From NCBI GenBank assembly GCA_050575255.1, contig JBNZDD010013726.1, positions 806,001 to 870,000 on the forward strand: a stretch of DNA of 64,000 bases, written 5' to 3'. Below the pieces are notes generated by a model. It searched no databases and was not told where the DNA came from. It worked only from the letters and a program-made list of their open reading frames with translations. This document shows positions 26,118 to 41,400 of this stretch, one piece after another. The first letter of the stretch is position 1. Every line of letters begins with the position of its first letter. Source of the stretch: Harriotta raleighana. Lineage: Eukaryota. Both the position numbers and the translations under genes were made by a program.

Positions 26118-26345
26118 CCAACAATAACAACAATAAAACTACATTTGTGAAGCACCTTTCAGGTCGGTATGATGCCCCAAGATGCTGGACAGTCAGTGTA
26201 TCGGATCCAAGCTGGGATTGGGAAGGGAGGAGACTGGGTGAGGTGGAGGGATTGCAGGGTGGAATTCCAAAGGTTGGGGGCAGAGTGGCTGAAGGCTCAC
26301 CTGCTGATGGTGGGATGGGTGGGTTGGACGACCAGCTGGTTTGGG
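26118..26345 (-). mobile_element. L2 LINE 3' fragment
   Basis: Reverse complement of the L2 3' end seen at 10985-11302 and 44460-44718. Confidence 0.75.
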
Positions 26346-29300
26346 TGAGGGAAGCCTTTCAAACTCTATGGAGCCCTGGGTAGCATAACGCTCCACTTTC
26401 AGGAGAGGAGGGAGGGAACATTCACTGGAGATCTTTGTACGGAAATGTCTTTATTGACAATGCACTGAGTCAGAACTGATTTTCAGAGAAAAGCCTCGAC
26501 TTCTGCTACATTATAGTTATTAACAGGAGACTGGAATATCCACTGATGCAAATACTGAATAGTTTGGAAAAGTACTGCCTGACAGCTTGTTCTCTTAATG
26601 AACTGCACTTTTGAAGAATCCAGTCCCGAAAATGAAATTGCATTGTTGCTTCTATTTGATATTTGGTGCTTTGTTTATTGAGGTCTTTAACACCTTTGAG
26701 TATGAAATGTGCAGTGATGGTCAAATAACTTTTCTTGATCCGTGCCTTTTCATGATTCTTATTTTGCTAAGATTTTACTTGGAATAAATTAGATGTTTTC
26801 TGTAAAACTTAAACCATTTTAGAAGTGTTATTAGTTTTGAATGATCCAGTGATTTGGAGACTCCGTGGGAACTTGGATAATAGTATTGAAAATGATTGTG
26901 TGAGATATGGTATGTCAATTTTGGTTTACTTTTAATGTGTTTTGCATGTAAGATTCTCGTTGAAGTTTTTATTCCTGCCCCACAGATCATTTACATCAAA
27001 AGAGCACCTTTTAAAATGGCTGCTTAAACTCCCACTTCCCACCAATGCAGCATTGTAAACTAACTCTGGGATGGCTAACCTCTGACTGTCCAGCGCCCTG
27101 CGCCCTGGGACGTCTTTCCAAAGTGAAGAGCGCTATTCAACTGCAAGTTGTTGGTTTTGTTTGTTTTAAACGCTCCTTCATTCATCTTCTTGGCAAATCT
27201 CCTGGTAATATGGTGCTGTGGATCAGGAGAGCAAATCAAATTTCCATGCGATGAATTGTGAAGTTTGTATGGACATCCCAATGGCCGTGTTGAGTAGCTT
27301 TAAAATTGAGGAGCCAGTGGACTATCGCTATAGTACATTCACATTGATGTTCCTTTCAGTTCCAATTCTGCATGAAAAATGCACTCTCTGGTTGTCTCAA
27401 CTATACTAAAATAAAACAATAGTTTTGATACAGGCACCTTTACAATGACATCATTCATTATATGTGCATTTCATCAAACATAATGCAACCTATCGGTGAG
27501 GTACACTGTGTCAAACCTTTCCGCAATAAGCTTCTTTTTTTTGCTAAATTGGATCTAATGTTGAATGCAGTGCTGGCTAACTGACTCAGGTGTAATGACT
27601 GGTAGAAATGTTTGCATTATAATTAGATGGATCCCACACTTTTAACTCTCACAAGCAATTCTCAGCATGCGTCTGGGTTTAGTTAATAAATCATTTCTCC
27701 TAGTCTGTTATAATGGAGCTGAACACCAATTGATTAATTCAAAATTTAGTTATTAAAATATCAGTTTGAAAGCTTAGCAACTTTCTATGTGGCTGACCAT
27801 ATCGTTTGCTTTAAATATCCTTAAAATCCATACAATCAATACAATCAGTACAATCTGTCTGCTTTGTATGAGGAGGAATGTTACTGTCATACAACATTTG
27901 AATTAATTGCTTTCATGCTGAGTGACTCGTCAAGCATTTCCCCGGTCCAATATTGCTCTAATCTGCTATTGTCTTGAACAATGGATGAAAGTTTGTTCTT
28001 TCTGATTTCTATATCATACCTGAACAAGTTTTGAATTGTGTTGATTAATACAATACAATTTACATGTATATAGTGCCTTTCACATCAGGAGGACATCTCA
28101 ACTTTTCACACAGCTGGCTGGGGATCCGAGTCAGTGGGGGTGGGGGGTCAGGGTAGAGAGAGAGAGAGAATATAATATTATATTTAAAAATAAATTGGAG
28201 GAATTCGAGAGTCCTTTACTCTATGATTTGATATGCTAAGACATGGTTACACTTTTGAATTTCTTTATTTTTCTGGTGTGAACTTATTCTCGTTTTGATC
28301 TGCCAAACCACACGTGCCTCAATTACTTTGTTGCATGAAATCCTAAATTTGAGGCTGATCTCTTATTCTGTGTCATCCTTGCACTCCATCAAACAGTTGC
28401 TAAATGAAACCATCCCTACAGTGGAGAAAATAATTCTGAAACAAGTTTACGGTATGTACGGTATGTGCATTTAGTTCTTGAGCCTCCAGCAATTTGTGTT
28501 CCTCATCAATTCAGCAGCTCCTCTTAGTTTCTTGGTTGTCAGTTTATTCTGAAGAATCTTTTGGACACGATTTTGGTGGGGAGATGAGCCACAACAGCCA
28601 ACATTTTGTTGAATCAACACAATGACTTTCTGTGTTGAGATTGTTGTTCCATTATGTGTTTGGCGAACCTTCTTTAATTGGCCTGCAACATCTACTTGTT
28701 TAAAACATTCCCACATACCAGTCACTACATTTGCAAAGTACCTTGGTGTATGCACATCTTTGATATAGCCTGCCATACCGAGTACAGTATTATTTTTATA
28801 GTTTGTAGAATGGGGTTAACTAATACTTCAAAGATGCTGCAAGGAGCCTTCAATTTTATGAGCCTTGGTGCTCTGAGGGTTCAATACTGAAGCAAAGCTA
28901 GTGTTACTATCTCCAAGTATATAATTTACATCAAGCCTCCTGCTCTTCAATAAACAATCACATTTAATATTTTAAGCAGATTGTTTGCAGCAACTTTATT
29001 TTCCTCCAAATTCAAATTAATTCCACACACAGTCTTGAGCCTGCAGCATACATGTGGAAAGTGTGTCTTTGTGACCATTTCTCCTGTCTTTGACCCTGAG
29101 TGTGCAGCTCTGCGGTTGTTGTCACTGTTGGATTCTGGGAGCAGCCCAGCAATAAAATGTCATCATCTTCATTTCAATTTAGCAAACTATCCATTTTCAT
29201 ATTTCAAATTGGAAATCAATTTGTGTGGGCGCTTCACAATTTGGGTGAATGTTTTGTTTTCGACAAATGACATTTTAATCAGATACTGGGTCACTTTTTG

Positions 29301-31917
29301 AGCAATATCTACAATTTGATTGATTTCAAATCAGTATTTTTCATTCAGATTAAAAAAAAATTCTGATTGCATTAACTTAATTCGACTTGTATCTATCACG
29401 TCACGCTAAAGCAATGACTGATATGCTGAAACTTCATAGTTCGACCAAAAATAAGTACTCTTACCTCAATTTCTCCAACTCTTGTTGTTTATTTAATGGT
29501 AATCTATTGGCATCTTTGCTTTTTATGAATAGTGCAATTGTGATGAATATTGCACAAATGAGTTCCCAAATAAAGACAGCATTGAAACAATGTTTTGAGA
29601 CCTTTGCCTTTTGTGCAGCTTTTAAAATGGAAATAAAACTAGTTCTGTCCTCATTTGCCAAAACAGGAGGGCCCAGAGAAGGAGGAGCCTCGGTCACCCC
29701 AGTGACTAGATGGAGAGAGGAAACAGAGTTGTTCTATTTCATAGGCTGCAGAGATGAGTATCTCTCTGGTGAGGAACCATATGGAATGGATGCTGCGCAG
29801 GTGGAACTGGCACAAGCAGTCACTCGGAATCAGGGCCATGAATCAACTAAGTGACAGCCTCCAGCTGTGTTTAATCTGTCACAGGTACCAAGGTGCTTTT
29901 TCACCCGTGAATTGTGAACACAAAAATGAAAACAAAATAGGTCTGATTTAAAAACTGAGTAGAGCTCACGAGGAATGATTTATCCTTTCTGCTCCAGTAT
30001 TCAGTCCTGCGATTAGCCATGCAAAAGAGCAAGCTTCTAGTCAGAGATTGATGAATAGTTGCAATGTTCTTTGTTGTTCATTCTGAAGATGCAAGTGCAA
30101 TTCTAATATTGTGTCTAGCTAAGGACAGCAACCACCTCTTCTAAAGATGTGTTTAATTTCTTTGTATCTTTGGGCTTCCTATACCACATGATTGTTGGTC
30201 CAAGAAGTTGCTGGGTGAACTTGTCTGTCAGTAGTTTCTCTGTAATAGCTCTGAAGAGATGGTGAGAGTGGTATCTGGGGGATTTTTTTATTTTTTTTTG
30301 CCAAGTAAATGTTTTATTCATAAGAAAATTAACTTTTTTTTTCTTGTGCTGCTGAACATCACTCTTGGGCTTCTAAACAAGTTATTTTCAGATGCATTGT
30401 TACCCCCTCCCCAGTTAATCAAATATATTTTGCACTCTCGCTTGCTGTTAAATTTGGGCTATTAATCATCCATCAAGGATACACCTTCCTTGTGTCATCC
30501 AATCACATTTTTCACATCTTTGGGACCACACCACCACCATCTCCATATTTTAGAAATTGTTTCTGAGTCACAAGATTAGTTTGGATGAAGAAGATACTTT
30601 GGGCAGTTTGATCTCATCCTCCATAGTATCTCACCCTGCCATCTCTCTGTCACAGCATCAACCTTTTATTTAAAAAATGAGTCCGGCATTCTAGCTTGAG
30701 CCACCCTTAGTACTCCAATAATTAATTATCTTCTTGATAAAGCAGTACTTCCTGGTGTCTGTCGTGAAACTAATGTTTGCGACTCTACTGCCTGTGTCCT
30801 CTTATACCACTGCCTTAATACATCTGGAAATATTCTTCTACCCTACTACTCCACTCTGCTTGGCGATCTCAGGCTTGCACAGGCTTATCCTCCCTAACTT
30901 TCTCTCTGCACCATTATCGATAGCTGAGCCTTCATGCTGACTCCTTTGTCTGGTCTAAAACATTCCTGGCTCTTGAAGCATGGACAAATAATACTGCATA
31001 ATTTTGTGTATGTGTATGTGCACGTGCGAGTGTGAGAAATTATTAATAGATTTATTCAGTAGCTCAGAACAGAAATACAATCTATTTAATTTGTTGCAGG
31101 TATAAATTAATAACCACATTAATTCTGATTATTTATTTAACGTATTAACACAGCAGAAATTGCAAGAATATCTAATAAATAGGTCTGAGAATTGGCAGGG
31201 TCTCTAAACCTGTATTGACTTTAGCGCTTGAGTTAACAAAATTCCTTTTGTGATTAAGTTGTAATTCCCAATGTGTAACTTATCGTGTACTGAACCGTGA
31301 CTGGTTAAATTTAATGTGAGTGTATTCTTAAATTCATTCTGAGCACAGTTGTGTGATACAATATGCAGTTTTTAAAAGTACAGATGGGGAAGTTAATGCA
31401 TGTGCTGAACTGTGACTGATGAGACAATTATGTTTTCCTGAATCGAACAACAGATGATTCAAAGCCAACATGACACATCTAAAACAATGCAGCAAAGTTG
31501 CTCCCAAGCTGCTTTTGTCTGAGATCGAAATTGCAGCCTCTGTTTCCCAAAGAACATTTGTTCTGAACCAGAGAGAACACGGTTTTACCCAGGGGCGGGT
31601 GGAGGGGATTGGTGGGGTGGGCGGGGGTGGGGAGGTCGAGGAGGAGAAACAAAATCTGAGATTCAGAACCTGAATCGTCCCTAAGGCAATGAATCTGAAA
31701 TTTCTGTTGAACAGTTTGTAGCAGTTTAAAGGGATGTCGCTGGTATTTTCCATCACATAGCTATATCTGTTTGATGAGAATACAAATTAAATTCATGATT
31801 ATGTAACTCACCTTGATAGTTGGTTTTGGTGACTTTAGTTTTTGGTCTATCCGAGAGTTTCCAACAAACCTGATGAATGCCATATAACTGAAAAGAGAAT
31901 CACGCCCCATTTTCAAT

Positions 31918-32100
31918 GTCACAGAATCTTACGGCACAAAAGGAGGCCATTCGGCCCTTCGAGTCTCTGCTGGCTCTTTGAAAAGAGCAATTCAATCCCA
32001 CTCCCCAGTTCTCTCCCCATAACCGCTCAAACCCGTCCTCCCCAAATAAATGTCTAGCTCTCTTTTAAAAGTTGTTATCGAATCAGCCTCCACCACCTCA
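31918..32100 (-). mobile_element. CR1 LINE 3' tail fragment
   Basis: Closely matches 60728-60915 (CGGCACA.AAGGAGGCCATT.GGCCC.TCGAGTCT). Confidence 0.8.
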
Positions 32101-33984
32101 ATCTTTCAAATGTCCAGGTAAGGCTTTGGCTCCAGCCAGTCTTATGATTTGAATCGTATTATAGGAAAGGTGCAAAACAAAATGCTGGTGCTCAAATTGT
32201 GGTTCAATACAAACCTAGCACATGCATTACCTCAGTGAAACAAAAATCCTCATTGCCCTATGACTTCCTCTTTCTTGTGGCAGACCTATTCTACAAAGAT
32301 AATTTGTACAGTACATAAAACTGCAGGTTCTGTCCCTATTTTACGTAGAGTGCATTCTACACAAGCTGACTAACCCTTGCATTTAGAAAAAGTGGCCATT
32401 TTTATAGCAACTTAACATATTGATGTCCCATAGTAAATTATAGTTAATTACTAATGAGTGTATTCAGTGTTGTTACAACTTGGACAACACAGCAATTTGT
32501 TTCTGTGTCTACAAACAGTGGTGAGCTGAATGACCAATTAATCTGCAAGACTGTCTCAAACACCCTTATTTTTCAAATAGTATTGTAGGATCTTGGTTTA
32601 ATGATAATTAAAAGACAACTCCTCCAAATATGCAACCCTCCCCCAATACTGGAGTTCTTAATTATGAGCTCAACTTCCATTGTGAGGTATACATCTACAA
32701 CCTTTGATCTGGTGGTGGAAATATAACTAAATTGAACCAAGTTGCCACATGTAGGAGGAAATCTAAAGTTACATGTGAATTATAAACCTTCGATAGTGCT
32801 ATGAGGGGATTTTTCCTTTTGTCTACAAATAGGTTTTGTTTTACTGTTCCCTTTTAACGTTGGACGTTTCCAGTGTCAGTGCAATAAAATAGATAAAAAT
32901 CCACTATTTCTCCTGACACTTGAAATTCGCAACATAACATTCTCGGATTTAAATTAATAAAACATTAATGTACTGTATAAAGGATAAATAAATGACATGT
33001 CACTTTGCAGTAATTAGCTAAACATTTAGAAACCATGGCTTTGGTAGCTGAAAACAGATTACTGTACCAAGAGATCTAATTTCTTTGTGAAATCCCTCCT
33101 ATGATTAGCAGTGAAAAAATAGCTGTGCTACTTGCAGTTTGAATTCACTGTCTGCTTTGTAACACATAAATGCTCTTCTGTTATACCAGTCATGGCTTTG
33201 GCCCCTGACCTCATTATGCCATCTGTTACTCTCATCTACCTGAAGGAATATTATTAGCTGTTTTGGGAGAAGCAGCTCCACATTTGTTGGATATGATTAA
33301 TTAAACGCTATATACACTATATTGTTTCACCATTAAAGTGTTTTCCTGCTGTAGGTAGAGTTGCACTGATGTGCCTACTGGGAACAGTGTCAAGATTGCC
33401 AAAGTTCACTTTACATTGCCATCAATCTGGTTTGAGATTGAACGTGGTTACCAGCGATGTAAAGACACTCCTTGTTTTAAGATCTATTTTCTGTCATTGT
33501 GATATTGCTCGTCCTGTATTATTTTATTCAGGTCACTATTTTTCCATATGTGAGTCGAGACAGTGAATGTTAACAGCAATGAGTGGGAACTCGCAGCCAA
33601 AGCTGATGCAATACATAGTAGCAAGGGTCACTTGATAATGATTAGAGGAAGATTCAAGTTCTTTTTTCTCTCTTTCACTTAGAATACCGAGGCCAAATGC
33701 AACACTTCATGTCTGATTTTCAACTAACTTTGCACAAAAACTTTCTGACAAACACAGAAAACCATTGCCATTCGTGACTCTATTCAAACCATTTGCATGC
33801 CCCTTGAATGTGGAAATTTCCCAAATAATACTAGTGGTGTTCATTTTATTGCATGACTAGAACATTTTATTCTATGACTCCATGATGGATTGCTCTTGTA
33901 ATAAATTGTTACTTTGACAGAAATGCAAATGGTCCAAGATCTCATTTTGACTTCAGACATAAATTGACCAAAATGTATGATATT

Positions 33985-34375
33985 TCATTACATTTGCAAT
34001 AGTGCCTTTCACGTTAGGACAATATCTCAAAGTGCTTCTCAGGAATTACTGCAAAGTGGAGTGATTATACATTTGTAGGTGAATGTGGCGGACAATTTGC
34101 ACACAGCAATTCCTACAAATGGCCATGAAATAAATGACCAATTTTAGTTGGGGGATTGTTGGTCAGAACACCAGAAGAAAATCCCTTTATTTAAATTGTG
34201 TCATGGGATCCATCATTGAAGGGCGACATCTCAAATAATGCAACACCTTGTCCCCCCCGTTGTCATCCCCCCAGCCACTGTATTTGATTTGGAGTGCTAA
34301 CCTAGACGATATGAGTTCAAAGTCCTGATGTGGATCTTAAAACCACAAATCCTTGTGCTGCTAAATGAGCCAGTC
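33985..34375 (-). mobile_element. Old long Deu-domain SINE remnant (similar remnants at ~32380-32750, ~37555-37955 and ~45970-46325)
   Basis: Degenerate reverse complement of the family seen at 11900 and 58890. Confidence 0.55.
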
Positions 34376-37300
34376 CAATGGAAAAATCAGCATTTAAGAT
34401 AGAATTCAAGAGTAATTGAAACAATATGCATTGTTCAATTTGGGCATTAATTGTAGTGTTTAGCTTTTTTAAATACAGTATTTGGAGTGATGTGCTGGAA
34501 AATTCATACTGGACTTTTTTCTGAAATACGATACTGCATTTTGTCTTAAAAAGTCAAATTATATATCTGGCAGCTAAAATGCTGGATGTTCTGTCAGTCA
34601 GATAGTGTTTGAAAAAGTTAGCAAAGTTTCATACATGTTCTGGAATCAACAAGTTTATTTTGTGAAATTCTAATTAAGGGTAATACTTCTGTGCAAAAAG
34701 AAGCAATTAAACATTAGAAAAGAAAGAAAATGAACTCCAGTTAAGATGGGAGTTAACAAGCAATTGATAGAGTATTTTGGCTGTTTTGAAGACAGTCATT
34801 ACATTTTAATTCTGAGACTTGCCACAAGGTTTTCAATTGTATTAGTTTTTGGTTAAGTCAGAATTCTGCTGAACTTTAGAAAAAAGTGGAAATGTTCCTT
34901 TTATTTAAAAATGGGACTCCACACGGTGAAGAAATACCTCAATCTTTGCAGTTCCTCTCACGTTGAATGTGTTGGTGATATGAATATTAAAATTTTCAAT
35001 TTAATTTTCAACAGCTCAATTTTGAGTGAAACTTTCATGTTTAAATATGAAAACAGCTATAAATATTTCTAATAATAAAAGTAATATCAGATACATTATT
35101 AAAAATATTGCCAACAATATTGGCTGCCACATGCAGGTGGCATAGTATTATTCAGTATCAGAATGCAAAACCCTATAGGTATGCTAATAGCATCACTTGA
35201 CTGAATGCTGAAGCTGCAGTGAAAAAGAATTATTATCCAGTATTTTAACTGCATGCATCACAAATTGTTCCCCACAGAGGAATCAACAGTCAAGCAAACA
35301 AAGTGTAATCTTTCTGCAATTTTTTTTCACCACTGCCAATAGAGATATTATACTTAATAACCCTTCGTCTAATCCATCTCTAGCCAGGTACAGCATTTTT
35401 AAGATTTGCCAATATTACTAAATGTGTCCAGCAGGCCCAGTAAAATTATTCAGTAATATAATATTAAAACTGTCCAGATATGGTAATAGCATTTCTGACT
35501 GACTGCTGACACTGGGGAAAAACAAAGAGATGAAAAACATATTATTTCAGATTTTAGCAGCATCACAAATTGCTCCCCGTGGATGGTTTGCCATTCATTA
35601 CAAAGTAAACAGAGTCAAAGCTTTCTGTGATAAGTCTAACACTGAAATTGATATTATTCACAGATGATAAAAACATTGTTGGATAGTAAATTGGAAGTCT
35701 TGACATTATTTGCCCCATTACTGTTGCAGATGAAAAACTTGTATTCATCAAATTGTAATTAACCTGTTTAATGCTGAGCTCACTACGTGAATTCCTGTCT
35801 TGTTTGATAGCATTTGGTAAAACTTCCATTAGTTGGATTTTCACAAGCTCACGGCACAATTATATGTCTATAGTATTCATAGCTATAGCGTATCTGTAAC
35901 AATCTCACTCAGACACAGCACAAGAAGAACAATGTTGCATGTGAACAGATTCAGTCTGATGGAATTGGAGATTCTTCTGAAGTTTGGATTAAGGCATAAT
36001 GCTGATGGAGACAGCTTGTTAGCAGTTAAAGGGTCATTTCTTACAAAGTGCGTCAGTCTAGCTGTTGGTAGTACTTGAGTCTGAGTTGTATTGAAGTCAC
36101 AGGACAAAACTTGAACACATATAGACTAGGCTGACATTCCAATGCAGTCCTGGGGAAGCACTGCATTATTCGAGCGGACATGCTTTACCACAACAAGATA
36201 ATCACACTTCACGTCAGGAGGATGTCCCAAGGCGCTAGAAAGTCATCGGCTCAGATCCGAGTTTGAGTTTAATTAAGAATTTAAACTGAGTTTCCATCTA
36301 TGTGTTCAAGAGGACCTTAAGATTCCATGGCACAATTTGAGAAGGGAGTGTGCTCCCAATGTGCTGGCCGTAATCCACCAGGCATTTGCTTTGTGGCCGT
36401 TTCTGGGGCATTGCTGTGCTCAAATTGGTTGTTGACACAATATATTATTTTACAATGATGTTTGTGAAGAGATCTGAGATGGCTTCCCAGTACAAAAGGA
36501 GCTATATCTAATGCAAGGATGATTGTATTTGCTGAGAATATTTCAGCAGTATTATTCAAAATAGGGTAAACCAGATGAATCCCGATATTCCCCATTGTAG
36601 CTCTCCCATTTTGTTGTAAGGACTAACAGGCCATGATGGAAACCTTTCCAATAATCATCTTTTTTGTTCCCTTCTGATTGTTTTCATTAAAGTGAAAGAT
36701 GTACAATATTGTGGACAGCTTTTCAATTTTTCTGCATTGAATTAATCCAGCAGGGATAGCCTAGGTCAGGGGTCAGCTCGCTTAATTTTTATTGCAAGCC
36801 AAAGGTCAAGCTGTCTTTTACCTATTTAGTGAGATAACATATTATAATAATAATCCTTGCATTTGATATATCACTTCTCAAGTTTTCTAGATGTCTCAAA
36901 GCAGAATATACTGTAAAATGAATTATATTTTGTATCTTTCTTACATTTAAGAGTATAAAGAGTCAGCTGATAATTCTGCACGTGGCTACCAGTCTGATAG
37001 ATATACACTTTTTTCAAAAATGTTTTCTAAAGACATTGCATTACAAGGCGATAAGTGAATAAATAGCCTGTTAACAGAAATGTTTCCTCTGAAATGGGTG
37101 GATTCTGGTGAGATAAAAGTGAATTGAAGACTGTAAACAACTTGGCAGATGGTGCTGCAAACCCATACAGGAGGTATATTCTGATTTCTGATATTGTGTT
37201 GAATTTGTTTTTGTTTATGTTGGATTGAAATTATATATGTGAGGTTAGTAAACTTCCACTGAGCACCCACTAGTTAACTTATGGGGCATTGCAGGGTCAC

Positions 37301-38296
37301 TTCAGCTGAGTTCTCAAGCATGTCTGCAGGAAAAATTATGGTAGATCACTAGCCCTCTAGTGATAGCAACCATTGCCTTATTTACCTCCTTCCATTAGTG
37401 GGGCCGTCACATGGAACATTTGTAAGGCAAATGCAGCATTTCTGTATTTCCCTGTAAAGTGAATTTTATTGAATAGATACTGTGAACATTGTGGTCTAAG
37501 AAACAAATCTAGCATCATTTTAGCAATTGATAGAAATTTGAAATAAGAAATGTAAGAATACTTGAATTTAATATAGATCTTTTTTCATTGGGAGGATGTC
37601 TCAAAGCACATCATAGGATTTATAGTTAAGTGTAGTGACTGCATTTTTAGGTACTTACAAATAGTGCTACAAATAGTTATGAAGTGAATGACATGATTTT
37701 ATCTTAAGGATTGTTGGCCATGAAACTGGGAGAAACTCTCTTCACTTTTTTTGAGTTTATCATTGACTTGAATAGACTGATGATACTTCTGATTAACAAT
37801 TTATTTGAAGGATGGCATCTCTGACAATGCAGCACTCTGGCAGCACTGCACAAATAGTGTCATCTTGAACTATGAGTTCAAAGTTTCAACATGGGGCTTG
37901 AACACCCAACCTTCTGACTCTGAGGCAAGAGTACAACTAACCGAGCCAGGCTGACATGTTACGAATTGGGGACCATCTCAAGTTTCCTTTACAAGTTATT
38001 GAAGATGAACAATCTGAACAGTATTGATTATGTTTGCTGGCTTGGGATATATAACATATATAGTTTGGGACGTAATATGTCAGGGGACTGCCAGGATAGT
38101 GAAAGACAAAATAGATGAACCTTGATCTTCTTTTGCCTCGTAAATTCCTATGTTCACATGTGAATGAAGAGTCTGTAATGAATTTGGTTGGCCACAAATT
38201 ATACAGTCACTACAATTTACAGTAATACTATGAACTGCTTTGAGACATAATCCACTCAGTGTGAAAGGCACTATCAAATATAGAAAATATTTTTAA

Positions 38297-38434
38297 AAAT
38301 ACAAAATATTGCAGACGCTGGAAATCTGAAACAAAAACAGAAGTCGCTGGGAACACTCAACAGATCAGGCAGTATCTAATTGAGAAAGGAAAAGTGAGTC
38401 AACGTTTCGGGTCCACGACCTTTCACCCAAACTG
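38297..38434 (-). mobile_element. Penelope-like terminal repeat relic (degenerate hammerhead core)
   Basis: GCTGGGAACACTCA.CAG.TCAGG...GTTTCGGG.CCACGACC.TTC is shared with 25374-25476. Confidence 0.55.
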
Positions 38435-41400
38435 AAAATATTATCATAATTACCACTGCTCTTCTGCCTTTAGTTTGATGAATGTCTTTCTGCTTTATAG
38501 TTGGGAGGCCACAAAAAAAGTTTACTTGCAAATTTAGAACTTTCACTTGCATGTGCACTGAGCAACTCACAGACGGCCAGGCCAGTATGACCCACACATT
38601 ATATAAAACTGACAAGATGAAAAGTGTGCAAGGAGATATATGGCTTATTAAGGAATACCCACCCCCGCACACTCCAGTGGTGGAAGCAATTGAATGTTAT
38701 GAGTTTGCAGAAAACTAGGTACTTTCGATATAATTCACATCTTTGGCCATCATGAAGTTATATTGCTTCCAACAGTAGAGCTATAAAATAATCCGATCCT
38801 TGCATTTGATTTCACCCCCTTCACACGAGGAGTACATCTCAAAGTGCCTCACAGGAATTAATGTAAATTGTTATGGCTATATTTTGTAGGTGAACACAAC
38901 AGCCAACAATGTGCACAGTACTGTGGAACAGGAGGCATGATTCACGCATTTATAATTTGTTAGAAAATACTTCTTAAGAGTAGCTGATCTATCCATTGGA
39001 TTTCCAGGGACAATTTGGGATCAGAGCCCAATTTGATTTGAACTCTCTGTTCATACCACAGTGGTGCAAACTGAGTGGCTCTTGAATCACTGGGTTACAT
39101 CAATGGGAATCACCGCATGATTTATGGGAGCTCAATCCCGATTTTTACTCTGTACTCTTGCCAATTACTCAGTATAAATGCAGCTGACATGTCATAAAGT
39201 GATTATTGGTGATGGGATTTTCTATTTCAATATAATCCCTACACCTTGAAGTCTTTGTTGCAAACTTTATCATTTCAAATAAAATTGAAGAAGAGTGATC
39301 ACTTTTTGGGGGAACTAAATGTGACAAAATGAAATCATACCCAATTATGTGTGGATCTGGCCGTGACAGAAACCTGATGGGTTCTGTATATTTTGAGGTG
39401 TGCGGGGGGATTGCTGGTGAAGGACAGGTACAGCACTAGGGTTAGAATCTCTTCAAGAAGGGAATGCACTGATTGATGTGCTATTAATAGCCACAAATGT
39501 GCCATTAGCAGTTCCCTGTACTAATTAATCATATCTCAGTGACATATATTGACCATTAAACAGTTTTCATTTGCATCTTGTGGCTTGGCTGCATGGGTGA
39601 GCCCATCTATCTTCATTAGCTGAGAGCTCCAAGCTGAAGCATGGCCAGATGTGCTTGGCTGCCTTGCTGATGTACCTTCATTGCCAATAGTGTGTTTTTG
39701 GTAATTGTATTAGTAGGTGATGCCGTGTGAAGAAGGTGACTTAAACGTGTAGAGCTCAGGAATTATGTTTTAGGTCACAATTGTGTCTACACTTGCAGAT
39801 TCACTTGTATGGTATTTTGAATATACATTCATATTATTTAAGGTACCACCTCTTTGGTTTGCACTGAGAGTATTTGATCATTTGTATCACTATCGTTTTA
39901 AGTCTTCACTTGTATGGTATAGCTCTTTGGAACAGCTTCAAAGTGCTTTCCCCTAAATAATGTCTTAACCANGTATCTAATTGAGAAAGGAAAAGTGAGT
40001 CAACGTTTCGGGTCCACGACCTTTCACCCAAACTGAAAATATTATCATAATTACCACTGCTCTTCTGCCTTTAGTTTGATGAATGTCTTTCTGCTTTATA
40101 GTTGGGAGGCCACAAAAAAAGTTTACTTGCAAATTTAGAACTTTCACTTGCATGTGCACTGAGCAACTCACAGACGGCCAGGCCAGTATGACCCACACAT
40201 TATATAAAACTGACAAGATGAAAAGTGTGCAAGGAGATATATGGCTTATTAAGGAATACCCACCCCCGCACACTCCAGTGGTGGAAGCAATTGAATGTTA
40301 TGAGTTTGCAGAAAACTAGGTACTTTCGATATAATTCACATCTTTGGCCATCATGAAGTTATATTGCTTCCAACAGTAGAGCTATAAAATAATCCGATCC
40401 TTGCATTTGATTTCACCCCCTTCACACGAGGAGTACATCTCAAAGTGCCTCACAGGAATTAATGTAAATTGTTATGGCTATATTTTGTAGGTGAACACAA
40501 CAGCCAACAATGTGCACAGTACTGTGGAACAGGAGGCATGATTCACGCATTTATAATTTGTTAGAAAATACTTCTTAAGAGTAGCTGATCTATCCATTGG
40601 ATTTCCAGGGACAATTTGGGATCAGAGCCCAATTTGATTTGAACTCTCTGTTCATACCACAGTGGTGCAAACTGAGTGGCTCTTGAATCACTGGGTTACA
40701 TCAATGGGAATCACCGCATGATTTATGGGAGCTCAATCCCGATTTTTACTCTGTACTCTTGCCAATTACTCAGTATAAATGCAGCTGACATGTCATAAAG
40801 TGATTATTGGTGATGGGATTTTCTATTTCAATATAATCCCTACACCTTGAAGTCTTTGTTGCAAACTTTATCATTTCAAATAAAATTGAAGAAGAGTGAT
40901 CACTTTTTGGGGGAACTAAATGTGACAAAATGAAATCATACCCAATTATGTGTGGATCTGGCCGTGACAGAAACCTGATGGGTTCTGTATATTTTGAGGT
41001 GTGCGGGGGGATTGCTGGTGAAGGACAGGTACAGCACTAGGGTTAGAATCTCTTCAAGAAGGGAATGCACTGATTGATGTGCTATTAATAGCCACAAATG
41101 TGCCATTAGCAGTTCCCTGTACTAATTAATCATATCTCAGTGACATATATTGACCATTAAACAGTTTTCATTTGCATCTTGTGGCTTGGCTGCATGGGTG
41201 AGCCCATCTATCTTCATTAGCTGAGAGCTCCAAGCTGAAGCATGGCCAGATGTGCTTGGCTGCCTTGCTGATGTACCTTCATTGCCAATAGTGTGTTTTT
41301 GGTAATTGTATTAGTAGGTGATGCCGTGTGAAGAAGGTGACTTAAACGTGTAGAGCTCAGGAATTATGTTTTAGGTCACAATTGTGTCTACACTTGCAGA

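Noticed and set aside
29387-29854. 155-aa ORF and other unique-sequence ORFs (e.g. 9045-9551, 13255-13725, 28471-28776, 47570-47785)
   Set aside because: They show no recognisable domains or coherent exon chain, and their composition is typical of AT-rich non-coding DNA. A small exon of an unknown gene cannot be excluded without RNA-seq or BLAST.
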